Below are positions 62,646 through 64,000 of a DNA stretch of 64,000 bases, one piece after another (position 1 is the first letter of the stretch; the number at the start of each line of letters is the position of its first letter). The DNA comes from Piromyces finnis finn (taxonomy: Eukaryota; Fungi; Neocallimastigomycota). The stretch spans positions 372,001 to 436,000 of the forward strand of contig MCFH01000006.1 in the NCBI GenBank assembly GCA_002104945.1. Reading direction: 5' to 3'. A program made the translations under genes and the position numbers. The notes below the pieces were generated by a model. The model was not told the DNA's origin, did not search any database, and worked only from the letters and a program-made list of their open reading frames with translations.

Positions 62646-64000
62646 TTAATTTCTATTTTTGCTAATTATTATACTATCAACGAGTGATTTTCTATTACCA
62701 CGACTATCATAACTACTGACACTACTGTTATGACGATGATGATGGTGATGTTTATGGTGTTGTCTATTTTGTAGTGGATTATCTATTGGATATTTTGGTA
62801 ATTTAGGTAATTTTGGGATACTTGGTTTTTCAATTGTTAATGAAATTGGTTCATTATTTTCTTCATCTAAAACAACACTAATATCTTCATAATTATCACT
62901 TCCATCTATTAATCTTTGGTAATTATCACTTCCATCTGATAAACTTAATTGATTATTTTGTCTGGTTAAAGTTAATTTACGCTTAGCTTCTAATTCCCAT
63001 GGTTGAGGTAATGAATAATTTCTTTCACTTTCTTCTACCTTAATTGCATCATAATATATTTGTTCACCTCTGTAATTGTTAAGACCATCATGAGAATCAA
63101 CATCACTATTGTTTCCACTTATATTATGATATTTATTATTCTTTTTTGATTCATATACAAAGTGACCTATCACTGTAAAGCATAATAATGCACCAATAGC
63201 TGGAAAACCTACTGTCTTGAAATAATTTTTATTACCTTCTACATTATCGGTTTTAACTTTTTCAATATCTTCTACAAGTATAGTATTAACAGACCATAAA
63301 CATAAACCACTCATTGTTGCTGTATTATTATTAGTGTATGCCCAAACTCTAATAAAGTATTTTTCGTTCTTTTTAAATTTTATGTATGGATTCCAATTAA
63401 CTTCATTTATATCACTTGGAATATTGTCGTCGATTATAATAGTTTCTGTGGTTGGATAGGCAATATAATCATCTCTTCTAGTCAAATTAGCGTGTAATTC
63501 AATTTTAATTGAAGAGCTTGGTTCAAATTCATCAACGGTTTTCCATTTAATATTAACAATAGAGTCTTCATTAAAAACATTTGGTGTACTAATAGTAATA
63601 TTAAAACCATGGTGATCTTTATTTATAAAGATAAATTTATTAGTGAAATTTCTTTAAATATTCAAATTATATATATTTAAAAATACTCACCAAATTCACT
63701 CCACTTAACCACTAATTATTTAAATTTTTATGAAAGAAATGATAAAAATAAAAAAGGTCATTATTTTTTGCTATCTTTTTTATTATTATTTTAATTTTTA
63801 TATTTACTTACAAGTTAAATCTTCTTTTAAAATTTGATGCTTATCAATTAATTCAGCTTTTGCTTTTTCAACTCTTACAGTCTTATCTTGAGATATATTC
63901 TCTACACGTGTTCTATTGTCGTTATTTTTAACACCATTATTTTGTCTTGTATTGGAAACATGACTGTATACAATTTGCTTAGTTGTACTCTGATCGTTTT
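62646..64000 (-). CDS. 3' portion of a predicted single-pass membrane protein (5' end outside window)
   Basis: Long terminal exon (about 63618-62646) with hydrophobic segment VGFPAIGALLCFTVIGHFVY and polar tail; upstream in-frame exons near 63689-63715 and 63812-64000. No family recognised. Confidence 0.7.

Overview
Extremely AT-rich, intron-rich eukaryotic DNA, almost certainly an anaerobic gut fungus (Neocallimastigomycota), inferred from a GH45 cellulase carrying fungal non-catalytic dockerins. Host genes: an intronless homeodomain transcription factor, an M13 (neprilysin-like) metallopeptidase knocked out by a young LINE, TFIIB, FAD synthetase, prephenate dehydrogenase (TYR1), a dockerin/CBM1-like GH45 endoglucanase and the 3' part of a type I membrane protein. 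Mobile DNA: an intact, very young Ty1/copia element with identical 230-bp LTRs whose primer-binding site matches the anticodon stem-loop of tRNA-Lys(CUU); two intact copies of a single-ORF APE-RT non-LTR family with 124-bp structured 5' monomers; and an 11-kb head-to-tail train of LINE pieces with no TSDs at internal junctions. Outside the ORF track I recognise a U12 snRNA gene (minor spliceosome) at about 56410-56555 (-) and two tandem box C/D snoRNAs resembling SNORD100 (18S Gm436-equivalent guide) at about 51040-51306 (-). All identifications are by eye and from memory of family motifs; no searches were run.
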